Part shown: positions 11,000 through 20,019 of the stretch, piece after piece
Position numbering within the stretch: position 1 is the stretch's first letter
How the letters are laid out: each line of letters begins with the position of its first letter
NCBI GenBank assembly: GCA_963737655.1
Contig: CAVTTN010000002.1
Coordinates: forward strand, 2,720,001-2,784,000
Length of the DNA: 64,000 bases
DNA from: an uncultured Planctomycetota bacterium
Lineage (GTDB): Bacteria; Planctomycetota; Planctomycetia; Isosphaerales; Isosphaeraceae
Reading direction: 5' to 3'
Translations under genes and position numbers: made by a program
The notes under the pieces: generated by a model
Databases searched by the model: none
Told to the model about the DNA's origin: nothing
What the model saw: only the letters and a program-made list of their open reading frames with translations

Positions 11000-11770
11000 A
11001 TGCTCGAAGTTCTGATCGCCGCCGGCCGGTTCGTGGATTTCGCGGTTCGGACCGTGGCGGCGATCCCGCGCGCCCTGATCACTCGGACCGGCGAGTGCGT
11101 CCGCCAGTTCGAACGGGTGGCGTGGGGCAGCCTGCCGATCGCCTCGGCGGCCGGGGTGAGCGTGGGCCTGGTCACGTGGCTCCAGATGAGGCGATTGCTC
11201 GTCTCCTACGGGGTCGAGGACACGTTGCCGAGCGTCCTGGCGGCGGCCGTCCTGGTCGAGACCGGGCCGGTCCTGGCCTCGTTGCTCGTCGCCGGGAGGC
11301 TCGGCGCGGGGCTGGCGGCCGAGCTCGGCTCGATGACCCTGACCGAGGAGATCGACGCCCGGGAAGTGCTCGGCTCTCCGCCGATCTCGTCGCTCGTGGC
11401 CCCCCGAGCGATCGCCTGCGCGGTGGCCGTCCCATTGTTGACGGTCCTCCTGGATGCCTCCGCCCTGTTCGGCGGGATGGCGGCCGAGATGGCGGCCGGG
11501 TCGGTGTCGGCCCGGGTCTACCAGGCCCGGTCGCTCGACTTCCTCCGGCTCCGCGATATCCTCCCCTCGACCCTGAAAACCGCCGTCTTCGGCCTCTTGA
11601 TCGGCCTGATCGGCTGCTGGACCGGCCTGAACGCCGAGCGATCGACCGAGGACGTCGGCCGGGCCGCCACCCGGGGCGTGGTCCGCGCCATGCTCGCCGT
11701 GTTCGCCGCGAACCTCGTCCTCGTCCCGATCCTCCAGGCCCTGGTGGACTGGAGCGGATGGACCCTGTAG
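11000..11770 (+). CDS. mlaE: MlaE family ABC transporter permease
   Basis: ETGPVLASLLVAGRLGAGLAAELGSM..TEEIDA; VGRAATRGVV. Confidence 0.9.
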   Translation: MLEVLIAAGRFVDFAVRTVAAIPRALITRTGECVRQFERVAWGSLPIASAAGVSVGLVTWLQMRRLLVSYGVEDTLPSVLAAAVLVETGPVLASLLVAGRLGAGLAAELGSMTLTEEIDAREVLGSPPISSLVAPRAIACAVAVPLLTVLLDASALFGGMAAEMAAGSVSARVYQARSLDFLRLRDILPSTLKTAVFGLLIGLIGCWTGLNAERSTEDVGRAATRGVVRAMLAVFAANLVLVPILQALVDWSGWTL

Positions 11771-11787
11771 GGTGCATGAAATGCACC
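11767..11787 (+). repeat. GTAG-type REP, family B (GTAGGGTGCATGAAATGCACC)
   Basis: GTAG tetramer followed by the GGTGCAT/ATGCACC palindrome; identical copy at 22231-22251. Confidence 0.8.
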
Positions 11788-11792
11788 AATCC

Positions 11793-11936
11793 TTGCTCTG
11801 TAGAAAACCCGGTTCGCAGAGGTTTCACGAGTCGGCCCGACTTCAGTCGGGCCTACAAAAATCTCTTATTTTGTAGGCCCGACTGAAGTCGGGCCGAGTC
11901 GATTCCTGACTCGCACCGGGGTTTTCTACAGAGCAA
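11793..11936. repeat. REPIN-like nested palindrome, family A
   Basis: Outer arms TTGCTCTGTAGAAAACCC / GGGTTTTCTACAGAGCAA; inner inverted pair GGCCCGACTTCAGTCGGGCCTAC / GTAGGCCCGACTGAAGTCGGGCC. Confidence 0.85.
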
Positions 11937-12007
11937 CCAATCCTGATTTTTGCCCTTAACCCGAGTTTTTGCCGCGTCCCGCACCGACCCCGGATCCAGG
12001 CCCGCCA

Positions 12008-13134
12008 TGTCCCGAGAGATCCACCCACTCCGAGCGATCTTGAACGCCGGGCTCGCCCTGGCCGTGATCGCGATGGCCGGCTACGGGGCGTCCCTGGTGG
12101 CGGCCCGGCAGTGGCGATGGCAGAAGACGTTCGCGGTCCGCGTCGAGTTCGCCCGGGTCGGCGGCCTGGAGCCCGGGGCGAAGGTGCGAATCCAGGGGAT
12201 GGACGCCGGGACCGTCGAGGCGATCGTCGCGCCCTCGGCGCCGGGCCGGCCGGTCGTCCTGCGCTTGCGGGTCGATCAGACGCTCCGAGGGCTGGTGAGG
12301 TCCGACGCCTCGGCGCGGATCGAGTCGGTGGGGATCGTGGGCGGGAAGGCCGTGGAGATCGTCCCGGGCCAGCCCGACGCCCCTGCCCTGCCCGACGGCG
12401 CGACGATCCGCGCCGAACCCACCGTCGAGCTCGCCGACCTCCTCCGAGACGCCTCGGCCGCGCTCCGCCGGGTCGATGCCGTGGCCGAGGCCGCCGAGAA
12501 GGGCCTCTCGGAGATCACGGCCATCGCCTCGGAGGTCCGCCAGGGGCGGGGGACGCTCGGGAAGCTCGTCCGCGACGACGAGGCCTACCATCGCCTGCTC
12601 GCCCTCTCCGGCCGGGGCGAGAAGGCGCTCACGGACCTCGATGAAAACCTCTCGGCGATGAAGAATGTCTGGCCGATCTCGCGATACTTCCGGGGCCGGG
12701 GGTTCGACGACCGCGACCGCGTGCTGTTCCACCCCGGCTCCGAGCGCGAAGCCCGGACGATCGCCGGAGACGACCTGTTCGAGCCCGGCCGGGCCGTCCT
12801 GACCGCGGGGGGGCGGCACCTCCTGGACGACGTGGCCTCCTGGTTCCTCAAGCTCAAGAGGCCCAGGACCGCCGAGATCGTCGTCGCCGCCTTCACCGAC
12901 ACCCCGAAGGACGACGAGGAACTCGCCCAGGCGCTGACCCAGGAACAGGCCGAGGCCGTCCGCCGCTACCTGATCGACCGCCACGGGATCGACTCGCTCG
13001 GCTGGTTCCGCTCGCGAAAAGTCGCGGCCGTCGGCTTCGGCACCGGCTCCCCCCGGATGATCGACGCCAGCCCGGCCCTCCCGGACCAACCTCCCCGGCG
13101 GGTCGAGATCCTGGTGTTCACCCCGCAGACCTGA
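12008..13134 (+). CDS. MlaD/MCE family protein fused to a C-terminal OmpA-like domain
   Basis: GLEPGAKVRIQG..G.V MCE motif; GIVGGKAVEI.PG; GRGTLGKLV helical region; LFEPG..L..G..LDDVA...AFTD...AEAVRRYL..GFG..RRVEI. Confidence 0.85.
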
Positions 13135-13158
13135 GCGGCGGGAAGATGGGATTCCAAT

Positions 13159-13298
13159 GCTCTGTAGAAAACCCCATTGGGGATGAGGAAAACGAGTAGG
13201 TCCGACTTCAGTCGGGCCTGCGAAACAAATATCTTTTCGCAGGCCCGACTGAAGTCGGACCTACTCGATTCCTCTCCATCACCGGTTTTCTACAGAGC
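13159..13298. repeat. REPIN-like nested palindrome, family A (second copy)
   Basis: Outer arms GCTCTGTAGAAAACC / GGTTTTCTACAGAGC; inner GTAGGTCCGACTTCAGTCGGGCCT / AGGCCCGACTGAAGTCGGACCTAC. Confidence 0.85.
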
Positions 13299-13508
13299 GG
13301 CATCCCCACGAATTTTCGCGCCGAAAAATCGATCCGACACCAGGTCTCCCGCAGCTCGGGTCGCGAGGTCCCCCTTGAACCAAACCGGCGATCGGGCCAC
13401 AATAGGAATGAGCGAAGAATCCGAGAATCCCCGATCACGGGGCGAAGTCGAGACCGCCGGCCGGCAGGGCGAGGGGTTGCTGCCGTCTCGCGGCGGGAGG
13501 TTGGTGGG

Positions 13509-14885
13509 TTGCGCATCACGTTCCACGGGGCCGCTCGGCAGGTCACGGGCAGCGCCCACCTTCTGGAGATCGGCCGTCACCGCATCCTCCTGGATTGCGG
13601 CCTGTTCGACTCCGATCGGGTGAGCCCCGACAGCCCGAACCGCCAGTTCACGTTCGATCCGCATTCGCTGGACGCGGTCATCGTCTCCCATGCGCACAAC
13701 GACCACATCGGCCGGCTGCCGTGCCTGACCCGCGCCGGCTACAACGGCCCGATCTTCACGACCGGCGCCACCGGCGACATCCTCAACATCATGCTCCGCG
13801 ACAGCGCGAGGATTCAGAGGGAAGACGCGAGGCAGTCCTCCAACGGTCACGGCCCGGTCGATCCCCTGTTCGAGCTCCAGGACGTCGAATGGGTCGTCGA
13901 TCACCTGCGACGGCTCCGGTACGACGAGCCCACGGAGATCTGCGAGGGCGTGACGCTCACGTACCGGGACGCCGGCCACATCCTCGGCTCGGCCATCGTC
14001 CAGCTCGACTTCCGCGAGGACGGCCGGGACCGCCGGTTCGTCTTCACCGGAGACCTCGGGCGCCGCAACATGGGCCTCCTGCCCAACCCCACGATCGTCC
14101 AGGACATCGACATCCTCGTCTCCGAAAGCACGTACGGTGCCAAGGAACTGGACCCCTACGAGAAGCTGATCAAGCAGCTCCACGCGATCGTGGCCAGGGC
14201 CACCCGGCTCCAGTCCAAGATCATCATCCCCGCCTTCAGCCTGGGGCGGACCCAGAGGATGGTCTACTGCTTCCAGGAACTCTTCGCGCTGCACAAGGTC
14301 CGGCCGATCCCGGTCTTCGTCGACAGCCCGCTGGCCCTCCGCCTGACGGACGTCCACCGCGAATACCCCGACGCCTACACCCCCACCGCCCGCCGCCTGA
14401 TGGACCGTGACGCCCGCTATTTCTCCGGTCCCGAGGTCCATTTCTGCGCCTCCTGGGACGATTCGCGGCGGCTGAATCACCTCTCCGGGCCGATGGTGAT
14501 CATCGCCTCCAGCGGGATGTGCGAGGCCGGGCGGATCAAGCACCACCTGAAGCACGCCGTCGAGGACCCGAACAACGCGATCGTGATCGTCAGCTACCAG
14601 GCCGAGGGGACCCTCGGCCGCAAGATCGCCGAGGGGGTCGAGCGGATCCAGATCCTCGACCAGTGGCTCGACCTGAACGCCGCCGTGTACGTCCTGGATG
14701 GCTTCTCCGGCCACGCCGACAAGTCCGACCTGGCCTGGTGGTACGAGAAGACCGGGGGAGGCATCAAGAACGCCTTCCTCGTCCACGGAGAGCCCGAGAG
14801 CATGGCCGCCATCCAGCCGGCCCTGCAACCGTTCGTCGAGACCGAGGTCGTGATCCCCGAGAGGCTGGCGTCGTACGAGGTCTGA
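13509..14885 (+). CDS. MBL-fold beta-CASP family ribonuclease
   Basis: GAARQVTGS; LDCG; SHAHNDHIG; AGHILGS; ESTYG; SGMCEAGRIKHHL; FSGHAD; LVHGE. Confidence 0.93.
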   Translation: MRITFHGAARQVTGSAHLLEIGRHRILLDCGLFDSDRVSPDSPNRQFTFDPHSLDAVIVSHAHNDHIGRLPCLTRAGYNGPIFTTGATGDILNIMLRDSARIQREDARQSSNGHGPVDPLFELQDVEWVVDHLRRLRYDEPTEICEGVTLTYRDAGHILGSAIVQLDFREDGRDRRFVFTGDLGRRNMGLLPNPTIVQDIDILVSESTYGAKELDPYEKLIKQLHAIVARATRLQSKIIIPAFSLGRTQRMVYCFQELFALHKVRPIPVFVDSPLALRLTDVHREYPDAYTPTARRLMDRDARYFSGPEVHFCASWDDSRRLNHLSGPMVIIASSGMCEAGRIKHHLKHAVEDPNNAIVIVSYQAEGTLGRKIAEGVERIQILDQWLDLNAAVYVLDGFSGHADKSDLAWWYEKTGGGIKNAFLVHGEPESMAAIQPALQPFVETEVVIPERLASYEV

Positions 14886-14909
14886 GAGGCGATCTTCGGG
14901 GGGAAAACG

Positions 14910-15125
14910 ATGGCCGAGTCGAGCGGAGGGCGCCGGGTCATCGCGTCGAGGATCATCCGGCCCGGAGGCAAGATCACCGGCTCCATCCCCGACAACCCTT
15001 CGACCATGGGCGAGAGGATCGAACAGGTCTGGACGTTGACTCGGCTGTGTCTGGCCTGGCAGGAGGGCGCCGAGGGTGAGCCCCGACTTCAGAGATCCGT
15101 GAGCCGAGCCCGCCGCCCTCGGTGA
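14910..15125 (+). CDS. Small hypothetical protein (71 aa), resembling small partner genes of nucleotidyltransferase-type TA-like pairs
   Basis: ATG with purine-rich upstream sequence; ERIEQVW.LT..C.AW...EPRLQRSVSR pattern recognised from memory. Confidence 0.55.
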   Translation: MAESSGGRRVIASRIIRPGGKITGSIPDNPSTMGERIEQVWTLTRLCLAWQEGAEGEPRLQRSVSRARRPR

Positions 15126-15189
15126 TCGTCGAGAGTCCGGGTTGCGGGACTGCGAGTCGTCTGTTTGACATCGAACATCCCTTCATCGC

Positions 15190-15873
15190 ATGGATGCCCG
15201 GATGAGAAGTCTGGATTCCTCGATCGCTCGGTGGATATTCGCCGTTCTCACCGTCGGAGTCGGGATCGTCACCCTGCGAAGCCAGTCGGATTTCTGGCTC
15301 GGGTCCCTGGTCACTCTGCTCGCGGCCTGGATCTTCGAGGCGACCGGAACGCTTGTCGCCCCGCCGGGGCGAGGCCATCGGACCCCGGCCCTGATCTTCG
15401 TCGTCTCTTCCACCCTCGGCCTGGCGATCGGTTTCGGGCCCTGGTCCGATGCCTCGAAACGAGGGGCCCTGCCGAACGCCGCCGCGCTCATGGCTCCCTA
15501 TCGGGCCGACATTCAGCCGGCGACCTTCGGCTTCCTCTTCCTCCGAAGCTACGTCGGCCCGGCCCATCGGGCCGAGATCCGAATCGACGACACCCGTCGC
15601 CGGATCGTCGCCGACGTCACGATCCTCGGAACCCGAGGCGGGCCCTCGGGTCCCGAGATGCTCGCGTGGGACTTCGAAACGAGCCTCAACCCGAAACTTG
15701 ACATCATGACTCGGACGGGTACCGGCGCATTCTATGCCATCACGGACGAATCCCTCAAAGTCTACCTGGACGCCTGTTATCTGCTCGCAAGCCTCCTCCT
15801 GGGATGGGCGTCTGCGGGGATCGGCGCCCTCGTCCTCCGGATCCGGAGGCGACGGCCGGGGCGTTCGACGTGA
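15190..15873 (+). CDS. Hypothetical membrane protein
   Basis: Three N-terminal hydrophobic segments and one C-terminal; no recognised motif. Confidence 0.6.
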   Translation: MDARMRSLDSSIARWIFAVLTVGVGIVTLRSQSDFWLGSLVTLLAAWIFEATGTLVAPPGRGHRTPALIFVVSSTLGLAIGFGPWSDASKRGALPNAAALMAPYRADIQPATFGFLFLRSYVGPAHRAEIRIDDTRRRIVADVTILGTRGGPSGPEMLAWDFETSLNPKLDIMTRTGTGAFYAITDESLKVYLDACYLLASLLLGWASAGIGALVLRIRRRRPGRST

Positions 15874-15924
15874 AGCGTGGATCGGTCCGAGGCGGTTGGG
15901 TTCGATCGCTCGCCGACGCCCGGA

Positions 15925-16746
15925 TCAGACGCGCAGGGCCTCGGCCATTTCCCCTACGAATCGGCCGATGTCCTGGACCACTTCCCTCTTGGGGCGATGG
16001 CCGATCTCGGCCAAACGACGGACCAGCGCGCTGCCCACGATCAGGCCGTCGGCGATCGGCGCCAGGGCGCGGATCTGCTCCGGCCCGCTGATGCCGAAGC
16101 CGATGCAGATCGGCAGGGAGGTTCGCCCCCGGAGCCACTCGACGTTACCGGCCAGCTCCGGGGGGATCTCGCGCCTCTCTCCGGTCAGGCCCGCCACCGA
16201 CACGTAGTACAGGAAACCGGTCGTGGATTCGGCGATCCGGATCGCCCGATCGCGGGGCGTGGTCGGGGTGACGAGCTGGATCAGGCTCAGGCCGCGATCG
16301 GCGGCCTGCTCGACCAGCTCGCCGGCCTCTTCCACCGGCAAATCCGGGACGATCAGGCCATCGACGCCCGAATCGCGGGCCCGGTCGAGATAGGTCGTCG
16401 TCCCCTGGCGATGGACGATCGCGAACGAGACCATCGTCACGATCGGAGCCGCCGTGAGCGGCCCTCCCGAGGTCTCGGCGCGAAGGGTCCGCAACGTCTG
16501 GAAGATCTCGCCGAGCTTCACCCCGCCCTTCAGGGCCCGGGTGTAGCTCGCCGCGATCACGGGGCCGTCGGCGATCGGGTCGGAATAGGGGATCCCGATC
16601 TCGACCATCTGGGCGCCCCGGGCCACCATCTCGGCGATCAGGGCCGCCGTGGTGGCGAGGTCCGGGTCTCCGGCCGTGATGAAGGGCATGAGCGCCTTGC
16701 GGCGCTCGGCGCGGAGGCGATGGAACAAGGAGTCGATGCGATTCAT
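15925..16746 (-). CDS. trpA: Tryptophan synthase alpha chain
   Basis: PFITAGDP; EIGIPYSDPIADGPVI; VDGLIVPDLP; FLYYVSVAGLTG; IGFGIS; ADGLIVGSA. Confidence 0.97.
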   Translation of the reverse strand: MNRIDSLFHRLRAERRKALMPFITAGDPDLATTAALIAEMVARGAQMVEIGIPYSDPIADGPVIAASYTRALKGGVKLGEIFQTLRTLRAETSGGPLTAAPIVTMVSFAIVHRQGTTTYLDRARDSGVDGLIVPDLPVEEAGELVEQAADRGLSLIQLVTPTTPRDRAIRIAESTTGFLYYVSVAGLTGERREIPPELAGNVEWLRGRTSLPICIGFGISGPEQIRALAPIADGLIVGSALVRRLAEIGHRPKREVVQDIGRFVGEMAEALRV

Positions 16747-16799
16747 GAGAGGCCCGAGGGTCGCCGTGGGACGGGGAATACGCGGGGAAATCGCTCCGA

Positions 16800-18023
16800 T
16801 CACTCCATCGGCTCGCCGCGAATCCTCGCGATTTCATAGGCATCCTTGTCGCCCCGGCCCGAGAGGCAGACGACCAGCACCTTCCCCTCGCCCAGCCCCG
16901 GCGCCTCCTTCATCGCCTGGGCGACGGCGTGGCTCGATTCGAGGGCCGGCAGGATGCCTTCGCGGCGCGCCAGGGCCGAATAGGCGTCGAGCGCCTCGGC
17001 GTCGGTGATGCTCTCGTACCGGACCCGCCCGGCGTCCTTCCAGAACGAATGCTCCGGGCCGACCCCGGGGTAATCCAGCCCGGCGGAGATCGAATGGACG
17101 TCGTCGGTCTGGCCGTCCTCGTCCTGCAACACGTAGCTGAAGCTGCCGTGGAGCACCCCGGGGCGGCCCATCGTCAGGCTCGACGCATGATCGCCCGACG
17201 CGATGCCCCGGCCGCCCGCCTCGGCGCCGATCAGGGCGACGGCCTCATCCTCGACGAACGGATAGAACATCCCCGCCGCGTTCGACCCCCCGCCGACGCA
17301 CGCCACCACCGCGTCGGGCAATCGGCCGAGGCGGTCCAGGCACTGCGAGCGGGTCTCCCGGCCGATGATCGACTGGAAATCGCGGACGATCATCGGGAAC
17401 GGGTGAGGGCCGACGACGCTGCCGATCGTGTAGTGCGTCGTCTTCGACGAACCCATCCAGTCGCGCATCGCCTCGTTGGTGGCGTCGCGGAGGGTCCGCG
17501 AGCCGGTCGTCACCGGGACGACCGTCGCCCCCATCGTCCTCATGTTGAAGACGTTGAGCTTCTGGCGGCGGATGTCCTCCTCGCCCATGTACACGGTGCA
17601 TTCCAGGCCGGTCAGGGCGCACGCGGTCGCCGTGGCCACGCCGTGCTGGCCGGCGCCGGTCTCGGCGATCACCCGGGTCTTGCCCATCCTCTGCGCGATC
17701 AACACCTGACCGATCGCATTGTTGATCTTGTGAGCGCCCGTATGATTCAAGTCCTCGCGCTTCAGATAGATGGACGCCCCGCCCAGGTGCGCCGAAAGCC
17801 GCTCGGCGAAGTAGAGAGGCGACGGTCGGCCGACGTAATTGGCGTAATAATCGGCCAGCTTGACCTGGAACGAAAGGTCGGCCTTCGCCTCCTCATACGC
17901 GTCGGCCAGGACGTTCAGGGCGTCCATCAGGGTCTCGGGGACGAAGCGTCCGCCGAAGGCCCCGAAGCGGCCGAGGGCATCGGGGAGCGAGGCCAGCGAG
18001 GGGCCGGAAGTCGTCGGGGGCAT
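16800..18023 (-). CDS. trpB: Tryptophan synthase beta chain
   Basis: [25 protein letters not shown] (PLP lysine); [34 protein letters not shown]. Confidence 0.98.
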   Translation of the reverse strand: MPPTTSGPSLASLPDALGRFGAFGGRFVPETLMDALNVLADAYEEAKADLSFQVKLADYYANYVGRPSPLYFAERLSAHLGGASIYLKREDLNHTGAHKINNAIGQVLIAQRMGKTRVIAETGAGQHGVATATACALTGLECTVYMGEEDIRRQKLNVFNMRTMGATVVPVTTGSRTLRDATNEAMRDWMGSSKTTHYTIGSVVGPHPFPMIVRDFQSIIGRETRSQCLDRLGRLPDAVVACVGGGSNAAGMFYPFVEDEAVALIGAEAGGRGIASGDHASSLTMGRPGVLHGSFSYVLQDEDGQTDDVHSISAGLDYPGVGPEHSFWKDAGRVRYESITDAEALDAYSALARREGILPALESSHAVAQAMKEAPGLGEGKVLVVCLSGRGDKDAYEIARIRGEPME

Positions 18024-18114
18024 GATCGCGAGCAATCCTCGATCCCAAAGGGCGGCGGCACGACACGGCCATTGTCCGGGGCGAGAGGCGTTCGGGTCAA
18101 GGGCCGGCGACGCC

Positions 18115-18217
18115 GGGTCGAATCGGCCACGGCCGCCGAGGTGTTCTCGCGGAGCCAGAGTGCGGATCGGCGGATGTCGGCCTTCGCGGTCGCCGCGATC
18201 TCGACTCGGTATCTCAT
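18115..18217 (-). pseudogene. Truncated RelE/ParE-type toxin (only about 33 N-terminal codons)
   Basis: [32 protein letters not shown] is a ParE-like N-terminus; ATGA overlap with the antitoxin; the frame then runs into non-coding-looking sequence and overlaps trpB. Confidence 0.7.
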
Positions 18218-18531
18218 GCCCCGGGCGGAGATTGCAGGTCGCGACGCAGGTCGGCGAGCGCCTCGGCGGTCGGCTGAACGCGGCCCGCCGCCCGGTCTTC
18301 CAGGCCGCGGCGGATGCCTTCGAGCATCCGAAGCTCCTCGGTCATGGCCAGCAATCGCTGAGTCATGGCCAGCAATCGCTAATAAGACGCGGCGTCCTGG
18401 ACCACGAGCTCGGCCTTGCCGTTGATCGTCAAGACGATCGGCTCGCCCGTCTCCTTCAACTGCTGGACGAAGTCCGGCGTGTTCTTCTTGAAATCGGTCA
18501 GCGATTGGATGTCGCGAATCAAGTCGATCAT
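18214..18531 (-). pseudogene. Phd/YefM antitoxin with an in-frame TAG and a 21-bp tandem duplication
   Basis: Manual translation: [78 protein letters not shown]...; absent from the ORF track because of the stop. Confidence 0.85.
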
Positions 18532-18632
18532 GGCCACCCCGGACGAAGAATCGTTCGAGAGCCGAATTCGATTCTAGATCGGGCCGCCGGGGCCGGCCAG
18601 CCCGCTCCTCGCGCCGACGCGGTCGGGGCCGA

Positions 18633-19070
18633 TCAGGCCCCGCTCCCCACCCCTTCGGCCACCTCTCTCGATTCTCCCGTGTAGAAGTGGAAAAATTCCT
18701 GGCCGGCGAAGTAATCGGCCATCGCCTTGCGGACCGATCGCAATTGCTCGACGAACCGGGCGTATTGCTCGATCAGCTTCTTGCGGCGCTCGGGCGAGAG
18801 CTGGGCGATGTCGTGGTAGTGCCTCTCGCCGGTCTCGCGATCGACGAAGCTCCAGAGCCTCTTGACCCTCAGGCCGGATTCCTCGTCGTCGTACATGAGC
18901 TGGCGGGCATATTGGCGCGCCTTCATCTTCTTGGCGAAGGCGATGAGCTCGGCGTCGGTCTCGAAGCCGCCGTGCCATTCGATCCACTTGACGATGCGGT
19001 CGGTGCTGAACCGTGGGCCTTCCTCGGCGCAGAGCTCCTTCAGGCTGGCGACGATCTCGGCGGGTCCCAT
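18633..19070 (-). CDS. Hypothetical protein (145 aa)
   Basis: Strong GC3 bias, plausible globular composition, GGGAG RBS-like site; no recognised motif. Confidence 0.75.
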   Translation of the reverse strand: MGPAEIVASLKELCAEEGPRFSTDRIVKWIEWHGGFETDAELIAFAKKMKARQYARQLMYDDEESGLRVKRLWSFVDRETGERHYHDIAQLSPERRKKLIEQYARFVEQLRSVRKAMADYFAGQEFFHFYTGESREVAEGVGSGA

Positions 19071-19358
19071 CGGCGGGTCTCCCTCGGGCGGACGAGCGGG
19101 CGAGCGGGCGTCGGGGTCGTCCGGTCGCGTCATGACGCCGGCCCCGATCCCCTTTGGCCGAATCTTAACGCCTAACTCGGGCCGAGTCGATGGACTCCCG
19201 TACAAAGTGTCCGCATTTCACGTCCGGTTCGTCCGTACAACCGGGACAACCGATCCGATCCCGGCCCCTCGTCGCCGCGACCCGGCGGATCGGGCCGCGG
19301 CCGCGGTCGCATGGTACGCCGATTGATGTCAAAAAGATGAATCAACCCTCGAACGATC

Positions 19359-19440
19359 GAAGTGGACAACACTTTTCCCGCGCAATCGTCGGAATACCCT
19401 GGAAAACAAGCCGAATGCGCGTGCGCAGTCGGTCGTGCGC
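19359..19440. promoter_or_regulatory. Bipartite conserved intergenic motif, copy 1 (putative operator)
   Basis: GAAGTGGACAACACTTTT (AAGTG-N5-CACTT palindrome) and GCGTGCGCAGTCGGTCGTGCGC; near-identical pair at 57262-57342. Confidence 0.5.
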
Positions 19441-19741
19441 ACGTGTTTCACAACATACTTTCCATTGTTCCTCAAAAATCCGCAAAATCCGACCCGCTTA
19501 CGAGTTCCGTTGGTTGGCCGGATCGACCGCCGGGGCCTTCACGCGCCTCATTCCTGGCACTCTTCGCGGGCCGGCGAGAACGACGGTTTCTCATCTTGTT
19601 GAACGAGCGAGCGCTTTTATCATGATTGGTTATTTCGATTTCCATGGGGCGGGAAGTGACGGTTTCGTTCCGAACCATGGTGTCGGGTAGATCTTCGACT
19701 CGATGAGGTGCAACAGACATTCACCCTTATCCCATTTCAAT

Positions 19742-19768
19742 AATCTGCGTAATCTGCGTAATTTGCGT
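19742..19768. repeat. 9-bp tandem repeat (AATCTGCGT x3)
   Basis: aatctgcgt aatctgcgt aatttgcgt; the reverse complement unit recurs at about 24860-24922. Confidence 0.6.
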
Positions 19769-20019
19769 TTGACTCCAGGTTCCCCATTCTGTCCAAATAC
19801 AGCAAGTCGCCGAGGCCGAAGGTCCGATTCGCCGCTTACTGAGGCCTTTTTCATCGATTGAGTGATCGCCGGGCCCCGCGGTCTCGATGGTTTGGGTGGA
19901 CTCGTCTGGTGGCGAGGTCTGGGGCCCGGGTCCGGGTCGTCCTGATTCATTGACCCTGCCCGATCCTTCGGGTTAGCGTAAGGGTCGCGCGAACCCTCCC
20001 CTTTCCCGAGGCCCGAGTC

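Noticed and set aside
11793..13298. Repeats as a CRISPR array
   Set aside because: They are inverted pairs, not direct repeats with unique spacers, and no cas genes are present
17927..18217. Trp leader peptide or attenuator upstream of trpB
   Set aside because: The ORF is a ParE-like fragment with a single Trp, and no terminator/antiterminator pair was evident
18341..18381. In-frame TAG as pyrrolysine or readthrough recoding
   Set aside because: It coincides with a tandem duplication and a truncated partner toxin, and no pyl genes are seen; decay is the simpler explanation
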